From Spizellomyces punctatus DAOM BR117 (taxonomy: Eukaryota): a stretch of DNA of 64,000 nucleotides. The position numbers and the translations under genes were made by a program. The stretch lies in NCBI GenBank assembly GCA_000182565.2, contig KQ257454.1. One strand, written 5' to 3'. Below are positions 11,862 to 23,014 of this stretch, in pieces; position 1 is the first letter of the stretch; each line of letters starts with the position of its first letter. The notes beneath the pieces were generated by a model. The model was not told the origin of the DNA. It made no database searches and was given only the letters and a program-made list of their open reading frames with translations.

Positions 11862-13873
11862 ATGGCAGCAGACAATTCAGGAGCAGAGCTCGAGGCTGAG
11901 AGAACAAACGAACAGCAAGAGACAATAGAAAAGAAAAGCAATGCTGCTCGTCGAAAGTCCAAGTCGAAAGGGATAGCACCAGAGGAGCTGATAACGAATG
12001 AGAAGAAAGAGATCCCCAATACAAGCTCGACAGATAAAAAGCAGGCTGCTGCATCAAAAAAGTATGATCGTGCAGGAATAACCACCATTTCCTTGAAAGT
12101 GAGTAGAGTGAAGGAAGGAATGGGTGGCATCTTAAGCATGATTTTGACAAGCTACTTTTGCAGGGCGTGGGGGATAAGAAGCTGAAAGGGAAGCTCAAGA
12201 GGTCGGAGAAAGCGGCGCGCGAGGCAGCGTACAAAGCTGCTCAAGCTGAAGTACTGCTTCCAGCTGAGGCTGGATTTTTGGAAGCAGAGGGTCTGGAGAA
12301 AACATGGAAGTTCACACAGAATCAGCTCAAGGACAACTTGGATGCAAATACCAGTAAGAACGTTTTTGACCTCAAGCTGAAAGATTTTGGCCCGTACACG
12401 ATGGACTACACTCGGAATGGACGACATATGCTGATTGGGGGACGGAAAGGGCATATCGCTACATTTGACTGGAAGACGGGAAAGCTCGGCTGCGAACTTC
12501 ATGTCAAAGAAACCATCCGTGATGTGAAATGGCTACATAATGAAACGATGTTTGCTGTGGCACAGAAAAAGTACACGTATATCTACGACAACACTGGTTT
12601 GGAAATTCACTGCTTGAGACAACATACTGAGATAAATAAGCTGGAATTCCTACCGTACCATTTCCTCCTGGTTACCGTGGGCAACGCCGGATGGCTAAAG
12701 TATCAAGATACATCTACCGGCAAACTCGTTGCAGAGCTTCGTACAAAGTTGGGACGGTGCGATACAATGTCCCAAAACCCGTATAATGCCGTCGTACATC
12801 TCGGTCACTCTAACGGGACGGTTACATTGTGGGCCCCCACGGTGTCGACCCCCTTAGTGAAAATGCTATGTCACAAAGGGCCTGTGCAGGGAATTGCGCT
12901 TGATCGAGGAGGAAACTATATGGCCACTACTGGATTAGATGGCCAAATGAAGCTTTGGGATATCCGCACGTATAAATGTCTTCAATCGTACTACACTCGA
13001 ACTCCTGCTGCCACATTGTCGATATCACAACAGGGACTCTTGGCGGTTGGATACGGACCGAACATTAGCGTATGTGATTTACTTAGTTGCATTGTGCGTC
13101 GTGCTTATCATCATTCTTATCACACTGGGTTCCCTTCGTTATGCAGATTTGGAAAAATGCTTTCAAAACAAAGCAGAAGGAACCATATATGACTCACTTA
13201 AGCGCCGGCAATATTGTACAAGATATTAATTTCTGTCCTTACGAGGATGTCCTCGGATTTGGTCACAGCAGTGGCATATCTAGCATTGTTGTTCCCGGAT
13301 CTGGTGAACCGAACTTTGATACTATGGAAGCCAATCCCTTCCAGACGAAAAAGCAGAGACAAGAAACCGAAGTTCATAACCTACTCGATAAGGTTCAGCC
13401 TGAGATGATTGCCCTAAACCCAGAGTTTATCGGTGCTGTTGATCGGGCACCGGCGGAAGTCATTGCGGAGGAGAGGAGGCTGGAATGGGAGGTAGGAAAG
13501 ACCTTCATGTAGTTCGACGCAGCAATACTACTGGACAGTTGTTCACCGGTGCTGTTTGCAGGCAAATCACCCCAACCAAAAGTTTGTCCCCCAGCACCGT
13601 GCTCGAGGAAAGTCCTCCTCTATGCGACGATACTTGCGCAAACAATCGAATGTCCTGGATGCAAAGAAGGTATATTTTGGATTTCTATCGCTGTTCTCTT
13701 CTCTTGTTATTGATATTTCGCATTTGAATTCGTTGCATCAGGTCGAGATGCAAGAGCGTCTCGAAAAGGAAAGAAGAGAGCGTGAGAAGGAGCGCAAGCG
13801 TGCGCGTGGGGAGGGAGAGCCAGAAATACCTCGGACGGCTCTAGATAGATTCACAAAGAAGATAAAAGTCTGA
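11862..13873 (+). CDS. UTP7: SSU processome WD40 protein Utp7/WDR46, spliced
   Basis: FGPYTMDYTRNGRHMLIGGRKGH, LEFLPYHFLL, BING4CT motif PGSGEPNFDTMEANPFQTKKQRQETEV. Confidence 0.93.
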
Positions 13874-14446
13874 AGGTGTATTGGTCATTATTTAATTTTC
13901 ATTAGCGAGTTTTTAAAGTTCAAGGCTGAGTTGCATATATGCATTCAACAGCACAAGGCTTGTTACCCAAATATCTGCCTACAAACACACTGGCAAGCGA
14001 CTGACGTAAGCATCGATCACCCACGTAATCCATTTGTGCACAGTGGACTCTTTGGTTCATCGTCATGGTCAGTGGCAAGTTTTCTATGCAAGTGTCCAAA
14101 TGAAGAGTATTTTGGCATGGCAAAGCTTAACAAGCTCCATAAGCGTCGCAGAGCCCTGCTCTTGGCGTTGGTGGGGTTCGACACGGCGCATCGCAAAGCC
14201 CTGGAGTGGCAAGCTCAATGACTCATCATGGCTCCTGGGGCTTCTTGGCGAGTGTTAAAAGACACAGCTTGTGGTCCGAATAAGGAAAGATAGTGGGATT
14301 TTGCATGGAGTGTGATGGGATATGTGACTATCGTAGCATATGCTTCAATTGCGCCCAATGAGCGCTTATCCATGAGCGCCCTATAAAAGGTGTCCTTGAG
14401 TTTGAGCTCCGTACCATTGGCAAAAACGCTTTCACACAAAGTCCAG

Positions 14447-17400
14447 ATGCATCACTTTTGTCCATCAATCCTCTTTTCTGGTCTCATACTAGGCGGCTTT
14501 CTACCTCTGTTGGCCGCCGAATATCGTTCTTATGATGGGGTTGGCAATAACCCTGGCGGTCTCGCTGGCCTTTCACAGCTCCGGACACCGTTTAGCGGCG
14601 CATGGTACGATATTTCAGATCCCATCAATTATACCAACCGCATTATGGTATTGGAGACAACGGATCCGGTCCTTTCTGCACGTAATGTGTCCAATCAGAT
14701 GGCCTCTGCTATGGTCACTGGTGGACCACGTAAAAATAGGAGGATGATCAATGATTTGCATACGATGTGGGGAGCCATGATTGGGCTGGATTATGTGTGA
14801 GTTTTGAAGTACATGCTTTGGTATTGAATCACGAACCTGGTCTTATAGATGCTGCAATTGGGTCATGTTCAGGAAGACGATGATGAACACCACCAACGTC
14901 ACCATGTCGATCCCGAGGTAAAGTGTTCTTGTTGTGAGCGATTATAGTAGCTGGAACTCCAGAGCTGACACCAGTGACGCATCAGGTGCGATGGCTACTT
15001 TGACCCCGACTGCAGTGAGTACGAGTAGTGACCCATGTCACTACAAAATGAAATCCTCACCGCCCAAAATACTACCCGGTTGCTAATCCAACTTTTAGCC
15101 GGTATCAAGAATTTCACATTTCAACGGGCATTCACAAATGAAAGTGCCAATCCCGAAAGAACCGCACTCAATCTCGTCACTCCCTTCCTAGATGCCGGCG
15201 TCATTTACGGCACGAATGAAACCCGAGCGAGACTTTTACGAACCTTCATCAATGGCAAAATCGTTCTAGACTCTGATGAATTACCCCCACGAATTTCCGA
15301 AATGCCTGCACTGGACATGGTGGGTCCACCTCCTCCATCTCTCGCCACCCAGCTGGGAGATGCAAGTACCCGTGGTGCTCCACGAAGCGAAATGAGAGTG
15401 GGGGGCGATGCGATTTCAAATGTTAACACATTCGGGTTCGTGATTGTTACGTTATTTATGAGGGAACATAATCGATTGTGCGATCAATTTGCGAGCGAGC
15501 ATATAGGGTGGGATGACGAGACCTTGTATCAAGAGGCCCGGAGATGGTAAGTGTTCTGGTATTTGGCATAACTACCTGTATCTTGTAGCTACGAGATTTT
15601 CGAGAAAATAATCATGCTGTTCAAAATTAAGGGTCATTGCTTTCATGCAACGCATCACTTACTACGAATATTTGCCGGCTCTTACGTCTCGCGTACTACC
15701 TACATACACTGGCTTCAACGCTAGCACGAATCCGCAAGTGACCATCTTCAATTCCGCATGCATTTTACGATACGGACATAGCGAAATGAATGATGCAATC
15801 GAACGGCTGGATGAGCGATACGTTCCTCACCCACGGGGTCCGATCTTGGTTCGGGATGCCCCTTTTGATCCCGATAAGGTGCTGGATGCTGGAATTGAAC
15901 CTGTCTTGAGAGGACTTGTGTCTCAAGTGCAGAATCAAGTGGATTGGGAAGTCACTGGCGATTTACGGAACTGGATGTTTGGGCACCCAGCGGGAATGCC
16001 GGGTGTTGATATGATTGCGCTGGATATTCAAAGGGTTAGTTAAAAGAGACCCGATGATTTAATTCTATATTCACATTTCTGGTTACTTTACAGAACCGCG
16101 ATTTTGGCATCCCACCTTACAATGATGTGCGAGAGTCCTATGGCTTGTCACGCGCGAAATCCTTCCAAGAGATTTCGTCCAATCCTCGAATTGCGGCAAC
16201 GTTGGCAAACATGTACGGGTCGGTCGATAGAGTTGAGGCCTGTATCGGTAAGTCACTGTTGATAAACAAACCTTCAATAATCAGCAGAGTTGCATGTTCA
16301 GCAATATCTGCAGGTGCGCTGGCAGAGGATGAATGGCCCGGCTGCAATATGGGTCAGCTGCTTCATGAAGGCCTTCGGGAACAGCTGACTAGAATACGGT
16401 AGGGCATCTTAGTTCATGTTTAGAGTTACTTTCGTAGGTTACTAAACGATACTGTTAGCAACGGCGACAAATTCTGGTACCAAAATGAGCAGTTCGCACC
16501 CGAGGACCTCAAGATCATCGAGTCAACATTGTTGAGGGACATCATCGCCCGGAATACATTGTGGAAAGATCCGCCAATAAACGTGTTTTTCTCTCTGGGG
16601 GCACAGATGAGCCGAAGAAATCTAGTCGAGGCTGAGCATGCGCTAGCAAAAAATGAAGAGTTCCTTGAAGACTTTCCAAAAATTTCTGGAAAAGAGCAGG
16701 CAATGCATTTAGGACCGGCGTTCAAAATGTACTGGAGTGTCAACGTGAGGAAGGGAGAGGCAGAGTTTGTTGTTGTTGGACGTAATGAGGTCCGTGCTTT
16801 TGCTTTGACGGTTCATTGTTTGTTTTGTTTATACTGAAAAAGTCAAGTAGGGTTGGATTGGCGTAGGATTTGAACCTGATGATTCAGGTATGACCAACGC
16901 AGACATGGTCCTCGGCTACGCACTCGAAAACGGTACTACCTATATTCGTGGCGCCCGCTCGGTGGCAAACGAGCCCCCAATTCCCTATCCAACTGATAAC
17001 CCTGGAATCACGAACGCAAGCGCGGCACGCATCCATGGATTCACAGTTTTGAAATTCACTAGACCATTAGCTGCCCGTCCTCCATTCAACAAAACCTTGC
17101 CAATTGCAAGACCTGCGAAAGTGGTATATGCAATGAATCCAATGTATGTCGAACCCTTATATCACGGGCCTGAAAGAGGATTGGCAAATGTGGACTTGGT
17201 GCCTGCTTATGGTAAGAAGATGGACTTTAGATCATGTATCAGATCGCTCAACTTTCTTGATACAGTGAACTACCGTCCTGTAACCTTCAATAGCGCTATC
17301 GGGATTGTTTTCACCGTCATTGGGACAATTCTGCTCTCGATAACACTAGCAACCATATACGTGGTCATTACTCGTCGAATGGACCCTATCGTCCGCAGAT

Positions 17401-18519
17401 CAAGTCCACCCTTTCTTCTCATCATCCTGGTCGGCGTGGCTTTGGGGTACGTGTGCATATTCGTCTGGACGATCCCAAGGAGTGATGCCGCGTGCAAAGC
17501 AAGGATGTGGTTGGTAGGATTGGCTTATATCTTGATGTTTGGGTGAGTTCCACCGCCCCGTTGCCGATTGTTCACTGATTCTAACCATCAGGTGGTGGAT
17601 ACAGCTTTGCAACTGTAAAAAACTACCGTATATACTTGGTGTTTCGGGGAGCAAGTGGATCCAATTTGAGTACTCGCGCCGTTCTTTTGGGAAGTATCCC
17701 ATTGCTGGCCATTGAAGTGGTAAGCGAACATCGTCGTGCAAGGCATTTGTATTCCCAATCATTAACAAACATTCATTGGGAGATCCTCCTTACGATATGG
17801 ACATTTGCCGACGCACCATACCTTCGTGTAACCAGCGATATGGTAGATTGTTGGTATGGTCGTGTGATGCCAGCAATTGTGCTGGCATACAATCTGCTTA
17901 TTTTATTGTGCGGCCTATACATTGCCGTGTGCGTCCGTCATGCATATACCGACTATCGGGATTCATTTGCGATTGCATTTTCGGTAAGTATCTGCTAATA
18001 ACTGACACCACAAGTGATCTCAACAAGTATTAACTTTTGGGATAGACGTACAATTTTGTGATGTGCATTATCATTCTTGTACCCGTATCGGTCTCAGGTC
18101 GCACCGCTGTCGAGCGATATGTTCTCGAATGCATAGCAATCCTCTTGGTAACAACAGGGGTCCTAGCGTTTTTCTTTGGTGGCAAGTTATGGACAATCTA
18201 TGTCATCAATCGTGGTAGCATCCGTCTTTCTTCGTCATTCGTCCCAGAACACGAGTACCGAGGATCTCGACATTGGGCTTGGTCGTTCGGGAGCGCTTGG
18301 AGGCATACCCTAAGGGTGCGGAACCCGGAGGAACAGAGAGTGGAGGTGACAACACCTGCGAATCAAGAACCAAAACCTGGAGAGGGGGAGGCTGTTGCCT
18401 CGAACAGTGTCATCTCGTCCCCAACGATCGGCCAAGCATTGATGGAGAGGCTTTTCATCGTTAACCGGTCAACAGAAACCCAATCCAAACCGACCACAGA
18501 AACAGAAGGCGTCATATGA
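14447..18519 (+). CDS. Signal peptide - animal-type heme peroxidase - DOMON - class C GPCR 7TM fusion (13 exons, ~1090 aa)
   Basis: Exons 14447-14796, 14873-14917, 14986-15014, 15099-15546, 15632-16034, 16094-16247, 16314-16398, 16459-16789, 16851-17211, 17266-17542, 17605-17719, 17783-17983, 18046-18519 join in frame (3273 nt). Peroxidase motifs YRSYDGVGNN, TPFLDAGVIYG, FMREHNRLCD, LYQEARRW, LRYGHS, DIQRNRD, GDKFWY. DOMON motif GWIGVGF...GMTNADMV...LYHG. 7TM motifs IVRRSSPPF, CKARMW, KNYRIY. Confidence 0.85.
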
Positions 18520-18652
18520 TGATGAATATTGGTAGTATTTTCGTCCTTTGATAAGGAGCTGTAGGGTGCAAGGCAACAACATGGCCTATTCGCATGTAAA
18601 TTAATAGCTTAAACCTTGGGAATGGAAAAAGATTTTGCTGCAAAACCCTGCT

Positions 18653-19363
18653 TCAAAACAGCTGTCTATACACACTAGCAACAACAGTACCAGACAACAT
18701 ACACAACAATATGGAGGTGCCAAAGTACTCAGTGTGCAGGCGCGCAAAAGTTCTAATGTCCTTGCCGTAGTTGATGTTTTCGGTAGGCTTTGATTCAACA
18801 GGTAAATAATTCAGGGGAGGTTGGCCGTTTGCTGATAACAAGCTTTCAAGCTCTGACCGCGCAACTTGCAATTTGGATTTTATGGTTTCATTAGAACCTA
18901 CCATATGCTTTCTTTAGCCATTTTGCTGCTCCGGGAGTTCCGACCAAACTTTTTGCAGAGGCTGTGAAGGATGAAAATTACTAGTGGCGAGTCGTACGAA
19001 AGTGATATCTTGACAGCTGCGGATGGTGAAAATGGCGAGAAACAACTTGTCCTCCAAGGATGTACATTAAACACCATGCAAAGCACACACTCTCGGATCC
19101 CCGTATCAACTGGTTGAACAAGAAAGATTAGTTAGTCCTTTAGAACTTTTTTTTTTTGTTTCACTATCAGCGATTTATTGTCAAGGGTGGAATTCGTCCC
19201 TTTCTCCATTTCTGATTATCCTCGGTCTGATTTGACGGTTCTCAGCTTTCTTTGGACCGTACACCTTAGGCACAGAGGAGTACGCACTGCACCTACCAAA
19301 ACCTTTTGGGAAAAATCCAACGATGGCCTGTAAGTAATCGTTTTGTTCATGTACTCGCTTCAT
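18653..19363 (-). CDS. Possible small multi-exon hypothetical protein with a C-terminal hydrophobic segment
   Basis: Several GT...AG pairs allow an in-frame ~115-aa product ending FGTSILLCMLSGTVVASVYRQLF; no family recognised and the model is uncertain. Confidence 0.3.
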
Positions 19364-19401
19364 GGCGGTAACATATCATTGGTTTCAACAAACTAGCTGT
19401 A

Positions 19402-21082
19402 ATGACCTCATCTGGCCGAATGATGAAGCGGCTTCTTCGCCAATTAAACAGAATACCCATGGTAAAAGAAGCAAATGTGAAAACTAGTTTTTTGCTCCTT
19501 GCTAATATGGATAGAAAATCATGTTAGCTTGCATGGATTTTCATCATGAGTGGATTGGGGATCATGTTTGGTCTTGTTGCTCCTCAGTTTTCAAAAGAGT
19601 ACCTAGCACTCCTCTCCACTCATATCTTCTTGCCCATGGTGAAATCGCTCATTGTTCCCCTCATATTCTCGTAAGTTGCCTTCTTTTAGGCTTTTTAAAA
19701 AGGGCTGTTGGGCTTAATGTTACGTTTGCGAGCAAGGCTGCTGGTGGTTGGAATTGCTGGACATGGAGACGACCTCGCACGGGTAGGAAAACTCGGAGTA
19801 AAATCCATGGCGTACTTTCTAGGATTGACTTTTATTGCCAGTGAGTTTCACAGTTTTCATTGGAGGGCCATACTATTATGATTTTCTTTTGCTTATTCCT
19901 TTGTGGTCTCTAGTTTTCATTGGTCTCGGGTTTGGGAATGCGATTAAACCAGGAAACGGAGTGACATTGGGTGAAGTCAAAAACGCCAATGCCACAGCTG
20001 CAATCAAAAGCCAAAAAATCTCCCTAGCATACGAACTCAACCAAATCATTCCCGAATCGTTTTTCGCTGCGGCTTCCGCCAACAAGTCGTTGCAGATTAC
20101 CTTTTGTGCAATCATGTTTGCTTGCGCTTGTATGCTGGTCCCGAATAAGGAGCATAAACGAGTCATGGTGGATTTTTTTGATGGTTTGGCGAACGTCATG
20201 TTGTCTGTTACGAATTTAGTGATGAAGTTTACACCTCTGGTGAGTATCTAATTTGAAAAAAACGAATCTAACGTTTCTTTAACCTTTATATTCGTTTCAG
20301 GCCATCGGCGGAGCCTTGGCGAAAACAATTGCCACAAACGGAATCGGCGTTCTGTCTACTCTTGGAAAACTGATCGGAACCGTTTACCTCGGCCTCCTCA
20401 CATTTGTTTTCGTTATCCTCCTTCCCATCGCCCTTTGGGCCAAAGTCCCACTAGTGCCCTTTATGCGACAGGTTTCTCATCCCCTCATCATTGCCTTTTC
20501 GACTGCCTCATCCGATGCTGCCTTGGCAAAGGCAATGGAGAACATGATAGAGCTGGGCGTTCCAAGGGAAATTGTTTCATTTGTTATTCCTGTAGGGTAC
20601 TCGTTCAATCTTGATGGTACAACTTTGTACCTAGGGACTGCAGTCCTGTTCGCCGCGCAGGTTGCCAATGTAAACTGGAGTGTTGGCGAGCAGATCTTGC
20701 GAATGCTCTTGGTCTTGCTAATGAGCAAAGGGATTGCTGGTGTGCCGAGGGCATCGTTGGTAGTCTTGGCCATGGCATGCGACAATTGGAACTTGCCAAC
20801 CGAGATTGTTGGTTTGGTACTTGGAGTGGATGAAATCATGGATATGGCCAGAACGGCTGTCAATTTGCGTATGTGCTCTCTTATTGGCGCAGATATTCTT
20901 GAGATCGTTGGCTAATCTTTGAATGCTTTCGCGGAAAAGTCGGAAATTGCCTAGCTTGCGTCGTTATTGCCCGCTGGGAGGGCGTCTTCAAACTATACAG
21001 GCAATCGACCGACGACAGCGACATTGAGGACTCCCCTGATGCGCTACATGTGAAGCTAGACGTGGATAAGACTGTTGCATGA
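19402..21082 (+). CDS. Dicarboxylate/amino acid:cation symporter (DAACS/SDF, GltP-like), spliced
   Basis: MVKSLIVPLIF, IAFSTASSDAAL (HP1), GYSFNLDGT (TM7), SKGIAGVPRAS (HP2), DMARTAVNLVGNCLA. Confidence 0.92.
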
Positions 21083-21327
21083 TGATCTGTTTTGTTATAT
21101 TGGAGCTGGTCGTTTACTTGCCCGCTGGAAGCGGGCCAAATAGGTTGGATTGGCCTCATAAGAGTGTTCTGGAAAGTGACCCTTCCACCGAACACATCGT
21201 ACTGACATGGCAAGCCTGGCGCGCCTGTAGCAAGAATGCGACTTTGTATTATTTCTGTCTCCATATCATATGCAATACCAACAGAGAATACGGATCGGTA
21301 TCTAGTTCAACATTTTATTAAACTTTT

Positions 21328-22087
21328 TCACGCGGCTCGCTTTACTTGCTTTGCGTTCTGGTGGATCTATAAACCATAATGAAAAGTAAATATTGAATCC
21401 CGATCACGGCTTTAACGTGTACTCTTAGATTCACCTGTGGTTGCACGTTCACGATACCAGCGAGTAGCTTGTCAATGACCTGGGCCTTGTTCCTGTTGTA
21501 AGCTGCAGTAACTTCTTTAAGCTGTGTCTCAGTGTCCGCGTTTGCCTTTGATACGATATCATCTGTGCTTCCAGTGTACTATTCATATCATAAGAGGATG
21601 TGAGAGAACTGATATTGGGCATGTATAACAACTGGTGACAGTAACAAAACGGTTGCTAACCTGCTTCTCGAAATCAGCGTGTTCCTTGTTCTTTTGTGCC
21701 TTCAACGCTTCAATCTCTTTCTGCGCTTCTGTTCGTGCGTCCTTCAAGCGCTGCACACGATCTATGCAGGGTGAACCGCATGTTTAGCTTATCGCGCATT
21801 CGTCATTCCTTTGGTGTCTCTCGCCAGTAGCCATTCTCCCCACGCCGTCCATACTGCCGCTTTACGGCAGAGTACCACCCGGCGCTGTACACTACTATAG
21901 CACCTTACATTTTCTTGCTGTCGCAACAACTTTGGAGGCCTCCTTTTCAGCTTCCAGTAGAGTTTGAATTCCTTGTGCGCTTTGAGCCTGCCACGAAAAG
22001 CATTAACGTCGTCAGCACTGTACACAACGAGGCTCAAAGGGTATATCGGTGTGATATTGTTCTGTGCTTGTCACTCGCCCTCACCAT
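21328..22087 (-). CDS. VMA10: V-ATPase subunit G, 5 exons (first exon is the ATG only)
   Basis: M|AQSAQGIQTLLEAEKEASKVVATARKY|RVQRLKDARTEAQKEIE...; not in the ORF track. Confidence 0.9.
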
Positions 22088-23014
22088 TATGGAGTTATTG
22101 TTGACTTGAGCAGGATAAGAAAACGCGATGTGGATGGGAAGCTGAATCGTTCAACGCAGGACAACGCCATCCATAAGCGCGGAGTATCACGTGACAACAC
22201 CACTCGTTCATTGCCCAAAGTCTGTAGTTCGTTCAAAGTCGATGCACTTTTTCACTTTAAATGAAAGGAAATCTATCCTTTTATGCAAGCTACATATAAG
22301 TGTAAGGCTGATATTAATGCATCATATGGAGTCTACGCAGGTCGCCATACGGCGTGCACGTTGCTCAATGCTGGCATGATGTCAATCGTTTGGATGTGGC
22401 ACCTTGTCATTTCCGCATCATCTACAGTAGCGTCTGCATTCAAAGTCGGCATTTCCGCAAAAAAGTATATGAACTGGTACTCCACGTAGACAGAGCGCCG
22501 CTTAACGTAACCACTTTAACAGACTTGGCTATTCCCTTACTTGGGGGGAGTCAACGCCATTTTCTACAAATGAAGATCAGTTACCTGCCACTGGTACTGA
22601 CTTTTCATGGGCAGATTTGGCCATTAGGCTCTCCCGCAGGTTAACTGCTACAGGTTTTAATCTTATCAAATTGTTCAAAGCACCACTGAAAGTGAATAAT
22701 GGCCTTCATCTGTAAATATCATCAACAAACCCGAACTGCATCTACAGTTGATGTTAAAGCCACGTGACTACCCTTAGGGAAATGTCATTCAAACTTAGCC
22801 AGCCACCTGGACTCTCTCGTCAGCGATACGCGGAGGATTCTGCCAACGGGGTTCCGTAGTAGGAAATGGCATTCATTTGGTCATTTTAAACAATTATTGT
22901 TTCTTATAATCCATCTTTTGTGGTAGATCTTGATATTTCTTACTTGCTCCTTCAACTCTGCTGTGGTTTTCTTCTGGGGTTTCTGGTATTGTGGGTGACG
23001 GAACCATAAGGAGG

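Noticed and set aside
13920-14440. Several 65-100 aa ORFs upstream of the receptor gene
   Set aside because: No motifs; most likely UTP7 3' region and receptor promoter
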